A stretch of DNA of 64,000 bases from Octopus bimaculoides. Lineage: Eukaryota. The stretch covers positions 18,694,403-18,758,402 of the forward strand of contig NC_068983.1 of the NCBI RefSeq assembly GCF_001194135.2, given 5' to 3'. The position numbers and the translations under genes were made by a program. The notes beneath the pieces are model-generated. The model ran no database searches. It was not told where the DNA came from and saw only the letters and a program-made list of their open reading frames with translations. Below, one piece after another: positions 26,071-39,719 of this stretch; the first letter of the stretch is position 1, and the number at the start of each line of letters is the position of its first letter.

Positions 26071-29000
26071 GGGGACTGGCAAACTGTTACTGGCAGAAGA
26101 TTGTTATTTATCTATAGCGCTGTCTGATGTATGACTTTTGTTTGTATTTCATAAGAATGCCAATATTTTCATGAAATCCTCAGAACTGTCATGCCATAGA
26201 TTTTTTACGCTTAATTTTTTTTTTTTAATAATGATGTATCATGTAGGTTTTCACATTCCATAAAATAAAAATAATCATGTGTTTCTTTTTTTCTTCTTTA
26301 TAATATAATTTCCTCATATTATGTATGCGTGCTTGATTTTACTTGAAATTCTCCTTTATCTTTTTGTTCTGGAAAATATTATTGCTACTATATTCATACC
26401 AGTTTGAAAATGGAAAATTTGGTTTCGTGAGCATAATGTCATAAGATAGTTCTGCTACAATCATTCATTAACGTAAAATTGTTTTTGTGTAGTGAGATTG
26501 CAATAAACATATTTATTACGTTTGCAAATATTAGTACGCGTCTTTTCAGCGCAGGAGGCGGCGCACTTCTGGAACGGACTGACAACATACAAAACCGAAC
26601 CGTTAACTGGTTGAGTAAACGGATTCTATTAAGTGAAATAACTGAACAGCATGTTGAGTGGTGACCTGCTGAGAAGAGTCCCAATCAAGAAGAGAAAATG
26701 GATAACTTCTGGCCAATAATTCTCCAAAACGTATTTGAATATTTAGACAAAGTTGCTGCTCTTGAAGTTGGCTTGAGAAACTGGGAAACATGAGCGATTC
26801 GTGACAGATCTATCAACGACAACACTCTCCTCAAGTGATACATCACACAGAGAGTTGGTACTACCCTTTCGAACTCATTACTTTTCTGTCTTATTAACAG
26901 CTAGCCTTAGCCTCCAGTTCAGAGGATTGATCGGTGAAATATATAGAGATCAAACATAAACTCTGTCCCTCTGTCACTCTCTCTTTCTCTCTTTCCCCTC
27001 TCTCATTCTCTCTTTCCCCTCTCTCTTTTTCGTTCTTTCCCCTCTCTCTTTCTCCCGTCCCCACTATCTCTCTGTCACACACCGTAAATTCATGACTGCA
27101 TGAGTACACAACGTCAGAATGATCATGTCGGACACGGCCATGATCATTTTGTTTCACTATTGAGGATCTGTTGTAGCTATAGTTAATACATAACACATTT
27201 AATAGATATCTGAGTATCAAAAAACAATAACAAAGCAGTATTAAGATTTTCTAACAAACAAAAAGCACAAATAAAAATGCAAATTCAGTAATTTACCTAG
27301 CACCTTAACAGCGATCCAAAGTTCTGTTGCAACGGAACACCTACATTGCATAATATAGAAGAGTTTCATTTACTCATGTTGCAAGTCGCAGGAAGTTTCT
27401 GAATATGAGCTGTGCAAAGCAAAGGGAATAATTGAGAACGAAGTTTCTTGCCATTTTAGCAAATAATTTTCCTCTGTCAAAATGTAGTAAAATAAGCTGC
27501 TGCTGATTTTACAAACTAGTCAATGTTTTTTTTCTATTTTGCTGAAAATTTCGAACTGAATTAAGTTTGTATTGTATCCTCTCAAAAGGAGCAGGTCTTA
27601 TTGAATCCTTTTCAGGTGTGTATGACGCTGGATGAAGTCAATAATGAGGCACACAAGCAGGGTCCCCATTATATTTTAAAGAAAGATGAGTGTAATATTA
27701 TGGAATAGTTTTTGTAGATGCGGAACATTTCGTCCATTGCAGTCTTAGTAAGTGATTGCTAGTAGAATTTGAGTGCAGATATCATACACTAAAACTTGTC
27801 ATGAACCGTGTGTTTGTTGCTTTTCATACTGATAGACTTCGTAGACCTCAATTCCAGTGCATTGAGAGCTTTACCAATGACAACACTAAATGCAGATCAT
27901 TGAAATCAAACGCAGATGGAGAGGCCAAACCTGAAGTACTTTTGTTCGTAGATCCATCAATGTGGGAACCATTAGACGAAATACGCACATAGGACAACTA
28001 GGAACAGAAGAAAGTGTTTACCCAACATCAGAATAATAGCAGAGTCGGATGGTAGTTCTTCCGATCAATTGCCATGTTGTTATAAGGAAGAAAGACATGG
28101 TGTTTAGAGAGAATAGAAAGATGATGAGAAATTAAAGAAACGGTTTATGGATACCTTCCTAGGCAGCCCCTGTCTGGAATCCATATACGAACGATGTTAT
28201 AAGAGCTTGGTGAGCCTACGATAGTGTGGTATACTAATGCATCCATTGTAAAAGCTTGTAATTTTCCGTTTTACTGCGACATTTATATATTGCATTGGTC
28301 AGGCATAACCCTTTCTGTGGTTTACATGCTTGTAGTGCCTTGTTCATAAGGAAGTGTTCGGTTTTGGTGTTTTTCTAATTTATTATTAGTTTAAAATTCA
28401 GGTCGGTTTTGAATTTCCATTTAACGAGAGTTTAAGTTATATTTTGTTTTGTTCAATAATTTTCTGCTATCGTAATGCAATGCCAAACTCAACATGAAAA
28501 AAAATACACACCAACAGCATAAGTCGGAACTAACATAAAAACTCAACAGTAGAATATTTGGTCGATACAAAGGAATCAACATTTGTTTACTGACGTATGG
28601 AGCTAACGATCAGAAAAAGCTTTTAACCAGTATGTATAAAGCAAAACAGACGACAAGTATTTTAACCTCTTAATAATGACACTAGGATTGCCTGATAACA
28701 TCCAATCTGAATTTAGGAAATTTGTTGTTTCAGAATAGAACAAATATCAGTAAAATATAAAACATAAAGTTTAAAACGGGAAAGCATCCTTGTACTTCAT
28801 GAATCATGTGTGTTTTTGTGTGTCTTTCCGTTTTCTGAACTGTAGGAAATGGTTTTAGGTCTGACTGCTATTCCTAACATATAAAGCGACTGACTTGAAG
28901 ATATTGTCATTATGCTACGGAAGGTGGGCTGACGAATATCACCGCAGATATAAACATATATCATCCATACGGTTCTATCATGTGTTCCACTCCAGCTCTC

Positions 29001-30029
29001 CAACATATTTAAGTACAATGCGAATTTTACCTCTATTTCTTCCTAAGTATATTTTCATCTTCCCTTTATCCTCTTCTTCTCGCCTTCCATCAACTCACAA
29101 TTCATAATGGTAATTCAGAATGTCACACATTACTTTCTTAAATTTCTAAGCTCTTAATATTCACTTTTTTGTGTTTAATTATTAATAAATACGTTGTCAT
29201 AAGTTTCATAAATTTCACCGTCGTCGTAGCCATCGTCAACGTGATACCCACCACCACACTCATTATCATCGTAACCATCATCATCATCATGACCACACCA
29301 GCAGCAGCAGCAGCAGCAGAACCACCACCACCACCATCACCATCAACAACAATAAAATCAGCATCATCATCATTATCAACTCAGTCCGTTAATTGACATA
29401 TCAATTCTAACTCATATTGCCTTTGTCAAACAATTATACATAGAAAATGAAGGGATAATTTCATAGAAATCATACACGTCACAATACATATTTTAATTAA
29501 TTTAATGCCGGCCGAGAGATGCAAACTCCATCAGTATAGTTATTATCACATCATATTGAATTTCATTTCGCGTTTGTTATTCTGCTTCATTTTGACAGAA
29601 AAACAGATTCTGTAGATTTAATTTTCAAGATTTTACTAATCTTCCATCTCGTTATTGAATTATTACTTCAATGTAATCATTCCAATGATTTCAATTATCC
29701 ACCCACTCACACATGTTCAATAATATCTTAAGAATACTTTTCCTGCAATTTATTTATGTAAATTATATCAATGGTAGTCTACGAAATATGGGAATTTCAT
29801 TTAAAACGTTTATCTTAATTAATTGCATGCAAGTATAGATAAGTGCGCCGGATTTACTCCACTCTATAAAATTTCTATTATTATCGGTACTTCAACAGCG
29901 TTTTAATTTTTCATATAATATAGCTAATCAATTTGCATATCGTATTTCGGTGTATTTGTCTTGTATTACACAATAACTCACATATCATATGCATACACAC
30001 ACATAATTATATATATATACTGTGTATAT

Positions 30030-30036
30030 ATCTATG

Positions 30037-30080
<44 letters not shown>

Positions 30081-30162
30081 CCTCTCTCTCTCTCTCTCCA
30101 TCTATCTACCTCTCTCTCTCTCTCTGTATCTATCTACCTCTCTCTCTCTCTCNNNNNNNNNN

Positions 30163-30210
<48 letters not shown>
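30030..30210. repeat. (TCTA)n/(CT)n/(TA)n compound microsatellite spanning a 9-N gap
   Basis: Direct inspection. Confidence 0.9.
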
Positions 30211-30212
<2 letters not shown>

Positions 30213-31344
30213 AATGTATTTATCACTTTCGCTTTCAAGCCGATTTCCTGGCTTGCAACGAAAATAGAATAATCTTAATCAGGCAGTTACCGTTGAGACT
30301 TAAGATGATAAAGAATGGAATTCTCAGTTTCAATCAGATGTCGTATTTTCTTCAATGAAATTATGTTAGATAATAACTATTGATAAGAATTCTTGTTTAA
30401 AAGTAGTTAAAATAAAATGATGCACTCCAGATAATCAATATTTTACATGCAGCACATCGCAAGCTATTTGACTTACGGCGATACACGATTCATATTTGCG
30501 CAATCTATGAAATAATTATTACAAGACATATCAGTATAAAACATCGGTCCATATGGAATGCTGCAGGGAACAGACGCAATACATTCAATAGGTTGGTGTA
30601 TTCAAAAATATAAAATCTCACTTCTCTCCACACGTAATTAGGCGGCGTTGAATTGTTGAAACATCATAATTATCACAATTACCATTTAAAATGGTATTAA
30701 TTATCAATGTCATGATTATCGTCACTGATATGGTTTTGTATTCCAGACGCAATGCTGTGTACATATATAGACGTGTGTCTGTTTACAGCGTTTTCTCAGA
30801 CTACACCAGGAAAGCATTGAAAACAAGAAGCCCACAAGAAATTGAAGTAAACTAGTTTGGGAATGATATAAATTAATGAAGTATATAGACTTCTTAATTA
30901 CGTTTCCAGATATAGTATTAAAATAAACATATATCACACTGGGGCACGACTGCTTTTCTGGTGATTGGTGCCGTTCATATCAACCAGGATATTAGTGAGG
31001 AGTAAATACAAAACATAAACTTTAATTTCATGAGTTTATACACGCGCTACAAAAATCCAAAAGCTGCATTATTTTATGTTCAAATCGCTAAATCGGTTCA
31101 TTTCTGTTAAGTGAACACAACATGTACCTCCGCTTTTCTGAATGCAGGATAATATCACTTTTCTTTTCATCTTTTTACGATAGAAATTGTTGGTGTGGAA
31201 TATTTTACGACATGCATCTCAAATATTCATTTGTTTGGGGCTAAGAGTTGTTCCAAGCTTTGACTTTACCAGATGACATTTATAAATGCCTAGGCGCATT
31301 TTGCTACGTCTTTCACTTCTGTTATTACATTGCATTTGCCTGGG

Positions 31345-31522
<178 letters not shown>

Positions 31523-32569
31523 TTCTAGTTGGTACATCTTCCTTAGATACACTTCTAGGTATGTTGATAACTACTACATCTCTTCTGTTGTAATTACATA
31601 TACTTGCTGCTTTAGAAACCGAGATAGATTTACATTAAGCTCTATTCACTATATTGGATGATATAGTTTCCCATATACGAGGCAGGAAATACAGGAGTGT
31701 GTAACTCTTATCGACTCCAAAATACGAGACAGAGTTGGTGTCTTATTGAAACATATACTTAACAACCTCTTAGCCTGCCAATATTTCGGCCAATTACATC
31801 ACTTTGAACGCTGTATTTCGACTCATCATAATCTGTACTGGTAATTTCTAGCTGGACATCTGAAGAGAAATACGATGTTGTCGGATGATGTCTGCAGTGT
31901 TTACAATTATAATGGCAGCATACTACAGTGATATTTGAAATTGCCCTTTATTGTTGGTGAAGAAGCGAAAACGATGTAACTGCCGATGCAGTTCACGATT
32001 TCAAAGAGGCAATTGGGATCAGTCCTAGGTATTTGTGGTGATTCGATCTGCAACCTGGAACTACTGATATGTTGGGAGATATACACTGATTGCAAATACC
32101 ACAGCCAGTAAAAAACAGCTGTAATACCCATTTTATCAAACCAGAGTCTACTTTGTGGGGATACAATGAAAGAAAATCTGCTTTCTGAGAAGCCGGAGAC
32201 ATGTTTCATCCCTTATCCAATAATTCAGTAATCAGAATTTCGGTCAAAAGGTATTTAATTAAGAAACTTAGGTTCTTTCTTCCAGCCTGACAACACAAGT
32301 ACATTGCAACCGCGTAGATGAAGCTGAGATTGAAAAACTGCAAAATACCGAGGCATGCCAAAAGAAATAAAACTAGGCATAAATTAATGACATTAACGAA
32401 AGCTCCTGAGGGTGTTAAAGAATATGAAATTCACGGTTCTTCTGTAGATGATATGATGACGCGTAAGTATTAAGGCATCGTGGAGAGAACGTAGTGAGTA
32501 TTAGTGAGAGGTTTAGACGATGGGCTGCTGTTGAAGATAATTTTGACAGAGCAGATGAGGACAACATTT

Positions 32570-33330
32570 AGTTATCCTCCATTGCTACTTGGCAGCTCAA
32601 AATTTCGTCAACTACATAAGAGGCTATATGTACTCTAACTCCACACAGATTTCTACTGATATTAACCCCCTATCACATTTCTTTCTAGGTAAATATTGTC
32701 TTGCTTCTTCTACTTTTGGATGAAGTCCTCCATTCCTATCGAATTTACTCCTGATTCTTCTGTCTAGATTTGCTAATTCAGATATTGTGCAATCTACAAA
32801 AAGTGCTGATATCTATGTAATGATACTGCCAAGTATTTACAGGCTTAACTAGATTGGGACCATTTAACGTTGACTTCATTAGCTTTCTCACCCTCTCTTC
32901 TGATGTGCTACTTTTCAATGTTCTCTTTCATTTCTATAGTTAGTACTCTGTCAGTTTCTAATATTCCTAGATACTTATAACTTTATTTTTCTTTCAATAG
33001 TTGTTTGTCCATCTGGTAAATGGATGCCTTCGTTGTAGACTACCTGCCCCTTCTTTATGATTAATGTCACGCACTTAACGATGCCAGATTTCGAACCTGT
33101 ATCTTTGTTGAAATGTTTTACAGCTTGTGTTAAAGAATCTTGGTGAGCCTTACAGTTTGTATTAAAAAATCTTAAAGAGTCTTGAAATAAGCATGAACCT
33201 TGATGTTACTTCAGAATTTCCAGAAACCTTATTCTGCTTAAATTCAGACGACATTAACATTTTGGTTTTCTCTTTTTGATATTCAACCGTTTAATTTGAG
33301 CAGTTGAAGTTCGGAAGGTTGAATTAATAT
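32570..33330 (-). mobile_element. Old R4/Dong-type LINE fragment (RT C-terminal/thumb region)
   Basis: Manual minus-strand translation: DSLTQAVKHFNKDTGSKSGIVKCVTLIIKKGQVV..GIHLPDG; YKYLGILE; RVRKLMKSTLNGPNLVKPVNTWAVS; ELANLDRRIRSKFDRNGGLHPK..RQYLPRKKCDRGLISVE. It is missed by the ORF track. Confidence 0.8.
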
Positions 33331-33504
33331 AATAATTTTGCGATTGTCTCTCGTAAATGGTTCAATTGTCATCAGGATATCTTTATATTTCCATACGTCA
33401 ATTTATTTTGAACTATACAGACTTTAGCATCAAACATACATTTTTAAAGAAACATATCTTAATAGTGTATTCTGTTATAATATATCCCTTCCTAAGGCTA
33501 CGAG

Positions 33505-33655
33505 ATGCTAGAACTGTTACCGAGACCGGCAAAATGTTTGGGGCGTCATTCCTTCGAATTTTTATAAAATCAGTAGCAGCTGAACACTGGTACTTATTAC
33601 ATCGACTTACACTTTACCTAAATTTGCTTGCCTTGTGGCAAAATTTGAAATCAAT
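33505..33655 (+). mobile_element. Degenerate SINE copy with internal deletion
   Basis: Head-like gctagaactgttaccgagaccggcaaaatg; body ctgaacactgg..tacatcgacttac; tail ccttgtggcaaaatttgaaatcaat. Confidence 0.5.
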
Positions 33656-34098
33656 ATGTTCTCCAACTGCTATTTTCTTAGATTTATTGCTTCATAAGAA
33701 TCAAATAAATAACATACAAAGCTCGAGAGACACTAGTTGCACGGCGATGATGCAAAATGTACGTCCAAGTTACACTTGGTATCACATCGTTATTACAGAC
33801 TTCAGGAATTTCAAACTTGCATTCAAATGGAAAGTTTTGTTGTTGATGAAGGTAAGTCTTGCGGAAAAGAGATGGATATAACCTAAAAATGAAGTTCAAA
33901 ACAAACAACTAGTATGTGCAACTAATTGGAAATTATGATCTGTAGAATGTGAAAGAAGGAAAACTTTCTTCAATTTCAGTAATTATATTTTCAAATGATA
34001 TTAAAAGTTCAGAATGTACGTGTACACATACAAGCCGAGTAAAATAATTACATTTCTTTATAACCACACTAACACATCTCATATATATATATAAAGAG

Positions 34099-34131
<33 letters not shown>

Positions 34132-35314
34132 GAGAAGGAGATTTATGCATACATATAATTATGTATGTATGTATGTATGTACGTATGTATGCATGTAGAT
34201 ACATATATGTATATATGTGTGCGTATAAGTATGTATGTGTGCATGCTTATATATTTTAGGTTTTAATTGTATGTTAGTGGATAACACTTTTAAATATAAA
34301 TGCTATTTTAAATCCTCACCAAGGTCCCTATCCAGCATATAAGTAGGATTCGTATTCACGAGCTTGTCTCTTGCTGTTGGCGCAACAATATTCACTAATT
34401 GCATTCATCCAATGATTGATATTAGTTATGACTCGACACGTACAGAGAAATGGCAATTGGTTGTACAATCAAATTCCTTTTGCTTTTAATATCATTATAC
34501 GAATTTATTTAGACTTGTTTACAGTGTCAACATAGCAATGAATAATTTTAATTGCATCAATTCATTCTGATGGACCAGGGCTGATCTAGTCAGAGCTAAA
34601 TTTATATTGATGTTGTAATCATAGATTTACTTTATTTTGTATTTTGTTATACTCTGCCTTAGCTGAAATGTAGTAAATGGAATCGTTGTTGTTGTTGTTA
34701 CTGTAGTGAATAGTATGGTTATTAGACATTTTCTTTCCTATTTACAATTGTTTTGTTTTTTTACGTGGATTTTATACACTTTAACCGCATTTATCTTGAT
34801 TTCTATTTGGCTTATTTCTTAATGTATTTTGAACTACTCTCGTTAAGAAAAAAAAATCTAAAATATGCAAATATATTGAGCACAAATTTTTGATTGGGTT
34901 GTTACATTTTATTTCATTTATATTCATATAAATATTTTTATGAAGATAGGTTTACATTAAACACTGGTTTGAATATTTTTCTTAAATGTCAATAAACTAT
35001 AGAGGTTGCAAATTACAATTCTGAAAAGTAAATGACATCTTATAAGAATCACGTGCATACTTACTCATTTACACATGGTTTTGTATATAGGCGTCAGCAA
35101 TATCGTGCGATTCACCAAATATGCTACAGACACTAGAAATAATCTCAATGGTTGATACATATTAGCATATATCTGTTTAGAATTTCAATAAAGTTCCATA
35201 TATGTAAGTAAATTAAAAATCGTAAGCACTATATGTGGTTATGTGTATACGCCCTTTTCCGTATTTATAGATACATACACAGATAGAGACACTGGTCTAT
35301 GAAGAGATAGATAC

Positions 35315-36840
35315 ATTTCTTTTATTAACCACATAGGGCTCAACAAAGATGGGACGAATACAATGTAGAGCTTTTCTTTTTAGGAGGGGGAAGGAAGAGA
35401 AAAAAAAGTAGGGGTGGGTGTCGATCAAAAGGGATCGTAGGAAGGAAAAAAGGGGGGAGTTCGATCAAAAGGGACCGACAGAAAAAAAAAGAAAAAAGCG
35501 ATCAATAAGGATCGTGTATCACAGTAATGTTCTCGTGTAAAAAGAGGGGAGGACAGTTTAGGTTTAACCGTGGAAAGAAAAGCATACGGAAATGACCACG
35601 GTAACCTTGATCAATATTGTAATTGCAGAAACTATAACAGTAAGTGACTCTCTTTTGCCTTTTTGTTTTTTGTCTGGATATTTTTTTTTTACTCCTTTAT
35701 AGTGTTATGCTCAAGGTGGCTCCGTCATTCACACGTGCCATTCTTGCTACATTCACCCATCTTTTTTTGAAGCATTCACTAGACAAAACGTCCCTTTCTA
35801 CTCTCACCTTCCTCTTCAGATGATACCTGAAGAAGTTGATGAGAGATTGCCCAGAGAGGAGAGTCTTTGTCTCTAGACTTTTCAGACGCGTCCACCATAC
35901 ACATTCTTTCACCATAGCCACAAGTACGATGAAAATAGCTCTTCCTTCCCGTTTAAAGGAAGGAGGCGCGACAATNNNNNNNNNNNNNNNNNNNNNNNNN
36001 NNNNNNNNNNNNNNNNNNNNNNNNNNNNNNNNNNNNNNNNNNNNNNNNNNNNNNNNNNNNNNNNNNNNNNNNNNNNNNNNNNNNNNNNNNNNNNNNNNNN
36101 NNNNNNNNNNNNNNNNNNNNNNNNNNNNNNNNNNNNNNNNNNNNNNNNNNNNNNNNNNNNNNNNNNNNNNNNNNNNNNNNNNNNNNNNNNNNNNNNNNNN
36201 NNNNNNNNNNNNNNNNNNNNNNNNNNNNNNNNNNNNNNNNNNNNNNNNNNNNNNNNNNNNNNNNNNNNNNNNNNNNNNNNNNNNNNNNNNNNNNNNNNNN
36301 NNNNNNNNNNNNNNNNNNNNNNNNNNNNNNNNNNNNNNNNNNNNNNNNNNNNNNNNNNNNGGAAAGCGCGCCGCACAAACGGCGACCACACCTGTTCACC
36401 GCTGTCTACGTAGAGCCGGAGATGTCGCAGTCTCAGCGCGTGTCTGCGCATCATCAACCACGACATGCCCAGTCCTCCTTTTAACGGGTGTTGGCAGCAA
36501 ACGGATCGCCTAACCATCGGAACACTTCCTTTCCACAAGAAGCGGAAGAGGATGCGCTCCAGCTTGGTGATGGTAGGGTCGGGACAAGGAACGTCGGTTA
36601 GGCGGTAGTAGATGACGGACGCGATGTACGTGTTCGCCACGTCCGCCCGACCTTTTAGGGAAAGCTTCCTCTCGGCCCATTGACGGGCTAGAATGGCCAC
36701 CCTTCTCGTTATCTCGTCCCAGTTCTTCTCCGTTTGGAGGTCTGGACCAAACCAGACCCCGAGCAACTCAACCGGACCGTCAGTCCAACGTCCCACGACG
36801 GAGGCGCTGCTTGACGGCATGGGCTTGCTTCTCCAGGTTC
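35315..36840 (-). mobile_element. Tx1/L1-clade LINE, 5'-truncated copy A (ORF2 C-terminal part + 3' UTR; gap 35976-36360)
   Basis: GC-rich ORF: PVELLGVWFG..NWDEITRRV..WAERKLSLKGRADVANTYIASVIYY..LERILFRFLWKG..HPLKGGLG, typical of L1/Tx1 ORF2 after the RT core; it ends ..KKRWVNVARMAR..LSITL* at 35697. AATAAA and a TATC-like junction at ~35306-35325; (GATA)n at the 5' junction. Confidence 0.85.
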
Positions 36841-36847
36841 ATGTATC

Positions 36848-36856
36848 AATAGATAA

Positions 36857-36921
<65 letters not shown>

Positions 36922-37012
36922 CAAATATATTGATTGGTAGATAGAGAGATACATACATGCATGTATGCATGCATACATACACTGGTAGATAGGTATATAG
37001 GTAGATAGATAG
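36848..37012. repeat. (GATA)n microsatellite between the two Tx1-like copies
   Basis: Direct inspection. Confidence 0.95.
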
Positions 37013-37029
37013 TCAGCCGAGTCTATCAT

Positions 37030-37541
37030 GAATATTGTTCCGCCACCTTCCTTTAAACGGGAAGGAAACACGGTTTTTGTAACACTAATAGCTATGGCGG
37101 AGGAAAGTGTTGTCGAATGAAAGTTTCAATAGAACATGGGTAAATGTGGCAAGAATAGTAAGAATGAAAGACGACCCATTTTAAGCATATACTTGTACCA
37201 AAAAGAGACAAAAAGAGAGAAGGTACTTACTTTCATGTACCTTTTAAAAGAAAAGCCTGAGGTGACCGTGGTCTTTTCCGTAGGCTTTTCTCTCCACGGA
37301 TAAACCTAATCTGTTCCCCGTTTTTTTTTTTTACATTGACTGTGATACACGATCCGTATTGATCGCCCCCTCCCTTTTTTTCCCGTGATCCCTTTCTGCG
37401 ATCCCTTTTGATCGAAATCGCCCCTTTTTTTCCGCGATCCCTTTTGATCGAAATTACCCCCCCTTTCCCCTACAAAGAAATGCTCTACATTGTATTTTGT
37501 CCATGTTCTGTATTTAGCCCTGTGTGGCTATAATAAAAAGA
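37030..37541 (+). mobile_element. Tx1/L1-clade LINE 3' fragment, copy B (diverged, internally deleted), followed by (TATC)n
   Basis: attgttccgccaccttcctttaaacgggaagga is the reverse-complement homologue of 35941-35975; WVNVARIVRMK; the 3' UTR aligns with 35320-35690; it ends aataaaaag|atatctatctatctatctatc. Confidence 0.85.
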
Positions 37542-37819
37542 TATCTATCTATCTATCTATCGAACTATGTATCAGTTTGTATATGTAATGTATATCTGTA
37601 TTTGGCACAGCCATGACTTGGAAAATATTATAACCTAGTAACACATAACTTGCCACAGCGTATCATCTTGAAAGTGAAAGTTTGTTCGTAAATCGGCATT
37701 GGTGTGGACTGCATTTTCATGTAGGTAACATGCAGCACAATTAAATAACATACCTCACTCAAAGAGAAAAGGGGCCTCCTGGTCCAGAAATCGAATCTAT
37801 GAATTTATATTCTTGACCC

Positions 37820-37883
<64 letters not shown>

Positions 37884-38904
37884 TTGTGTGTGCGTGCGCG
37901 TGTGTGTTTGTGTATGTGTGTGCCTCTGTGTATGTATTTATGCATGGTTAGCTGGATGGATGAGTGATTGGCAGCTCGGTGGCTAGATTGATATATGCAT
38001 GCATATTTTTTTCTGTAGAATATAAATTATTTTACCATGTTAAAATGAAATTTCAAAGTTAGTTGTGTTTTATTTTTTACGAAACAAGAAATTTCACTTT
38101 AGCCTTTTAATATTCAAGGTGTTTATCTTACTGTTTCCAGATGTCATAAATTGAGCATGATATTATTCGTTATAATATAAGAATGCCAATCTGTCATAAT
38201 TTATGTGCTTGACGAGACATTCTCGTGACAAGATTCTATATAAAATGAATGGAGAAAAAAATCGCAGTGGTTATATAACTATACAAGGCTCCGTACATAA
38301 ATCATTTAAATGTACAACTATGTTTGATAAATGAATCTTACTATGTAAATTCGCTAAATCAGGAGGAAATATAGAAAAACAAACAACTGACATAATATAT
38401 AAAACCCATTTCATAATCACAAGACATATATGATAGTTAATGAATTCTGCCTTGAAATATTGTTTAGCTTTCGTATGTGATATCTCTGTTATTTTGTTTC
38501 TCCAGCAAATTCATATATTGAATGTGATTTTCCATTCGCTGTTCTATTTCCGCTTTAATATGTCATTTGTATTCATACTGTATGTTCTCTCTTCTGTTAT
38601 AATTACAAGAGAAAGTGAAAACACTTTCTTAGAAACAACAGCTATTAATCATATTCATTTTGCTCGAAATATTTATGTCCCCCTCTTAATCTTCGCGTCA
38701 TTATTTCCGTAATATTCACCCTTTAGATATGCTACATGCAATGCAAGCAAATTATACCTATATATATATACAGTTATTGGCAGTTTTACTGAAAACCTAT
38801 CTCAGATATTACCTTTTACATAAACACGCTTAAAATCACTGAAGCAGTTCTAGGTAATACGCTGCTGCACGGAGGAGGGTTAATGACATAGACGATAAAC
38901 ACAA

Positions 38905-38912
38905 ATAATAGC

Positions 38913-38968
<56 letters not shown>
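38905..38968. repeat. (AAT)n microsatellite
   Basis: Direct inspection. Confidence 0.95.
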
Positions 38969-38969
<1 letters not shown>

Positions 38970-39362
38970 CTCCATCACATTTACATCATTCTGTCAAATC
39001 GCACTGTATTCTATATACTGACTGCTCCATTATTGTCATAGATTGAATAATGGAACACTGTTTTCTTCTCTTTTCTAATTCTCATTTCAGAATCTTCCTA
39101 GAGCACTTGCTAACGCAACGTTGAATAGTGCTGGAAATGACAGTATTTTATACATTCCATGCAGCTTGAGTGCTATTTGGTTATCTGCATATAAATATTG
39201 TTTCCATTAGCAAGCAAATAGCTTAACAAGAACATGAATTTTCTCAGACATGGATGAATGAAAATAATGTATATTAACAACGTACGTTAATCCCTTTTCC
39301 GGCACTACTTCAACTATTACTGTCACAAATACTATTCGCTGTATTATTATTATTAACATTAA

Positions 39363-39670
39363 GAAAGCAGCGAGCTCGCAGAATCGTTAGCCCGCTGCGC
39401 ATATCGCTAAGCCGCATTGCGTTCGTCTCCAAGTTCTGATTTCAAATTCTACCGAGGTCGATTTTGCCTTTCATGATTTCGAGATCGAGAAATTAAGTAC
39501 CAGTGAATCACTGGGGTCGATGTAGATGTAATCGAATAGTCCCCTCCCCCAAACATTTCAAGCTTTATGCCTTTAGTAGAAATGGTTATTATAATTATGG
39601 CAGCGAGCTCGCTGAAACGCTAGCACACCGGGAAAAATGCTTAGCGGCATTTCGTCCGTCTGTACGTTCT
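39363..39670 (+). mobile_element. Two tandem SINE copies (39363-39585 full length; 39598-39670 head only)
   Basis: gcagcgagctcgcagaatcgttag..gaggtcgattttgcctttcat..aagtaccag..ctggggtcgatgta; then ggcagcgagctcgctgaaacgctagcacaccggg. Confidence 0.8.
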
Positions 39671-39719
39671 CGGTGCAAATATCAGCATTTCATCGTTGAA
39701 TAAGTTCCAATTGAAAACT

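Noticed and set aside
33805-33858. Isolated splice-like signals (GAAG|gtaagt at ~33852; also strong acceptor at 39090, donor at 56641, acceptor/donor pair at ~60329-60470)
   Set aside because: They cannot be joined into a recognisable reading frame and such sites arise by chance in AT-rich DNA; RNA-seq is needed.
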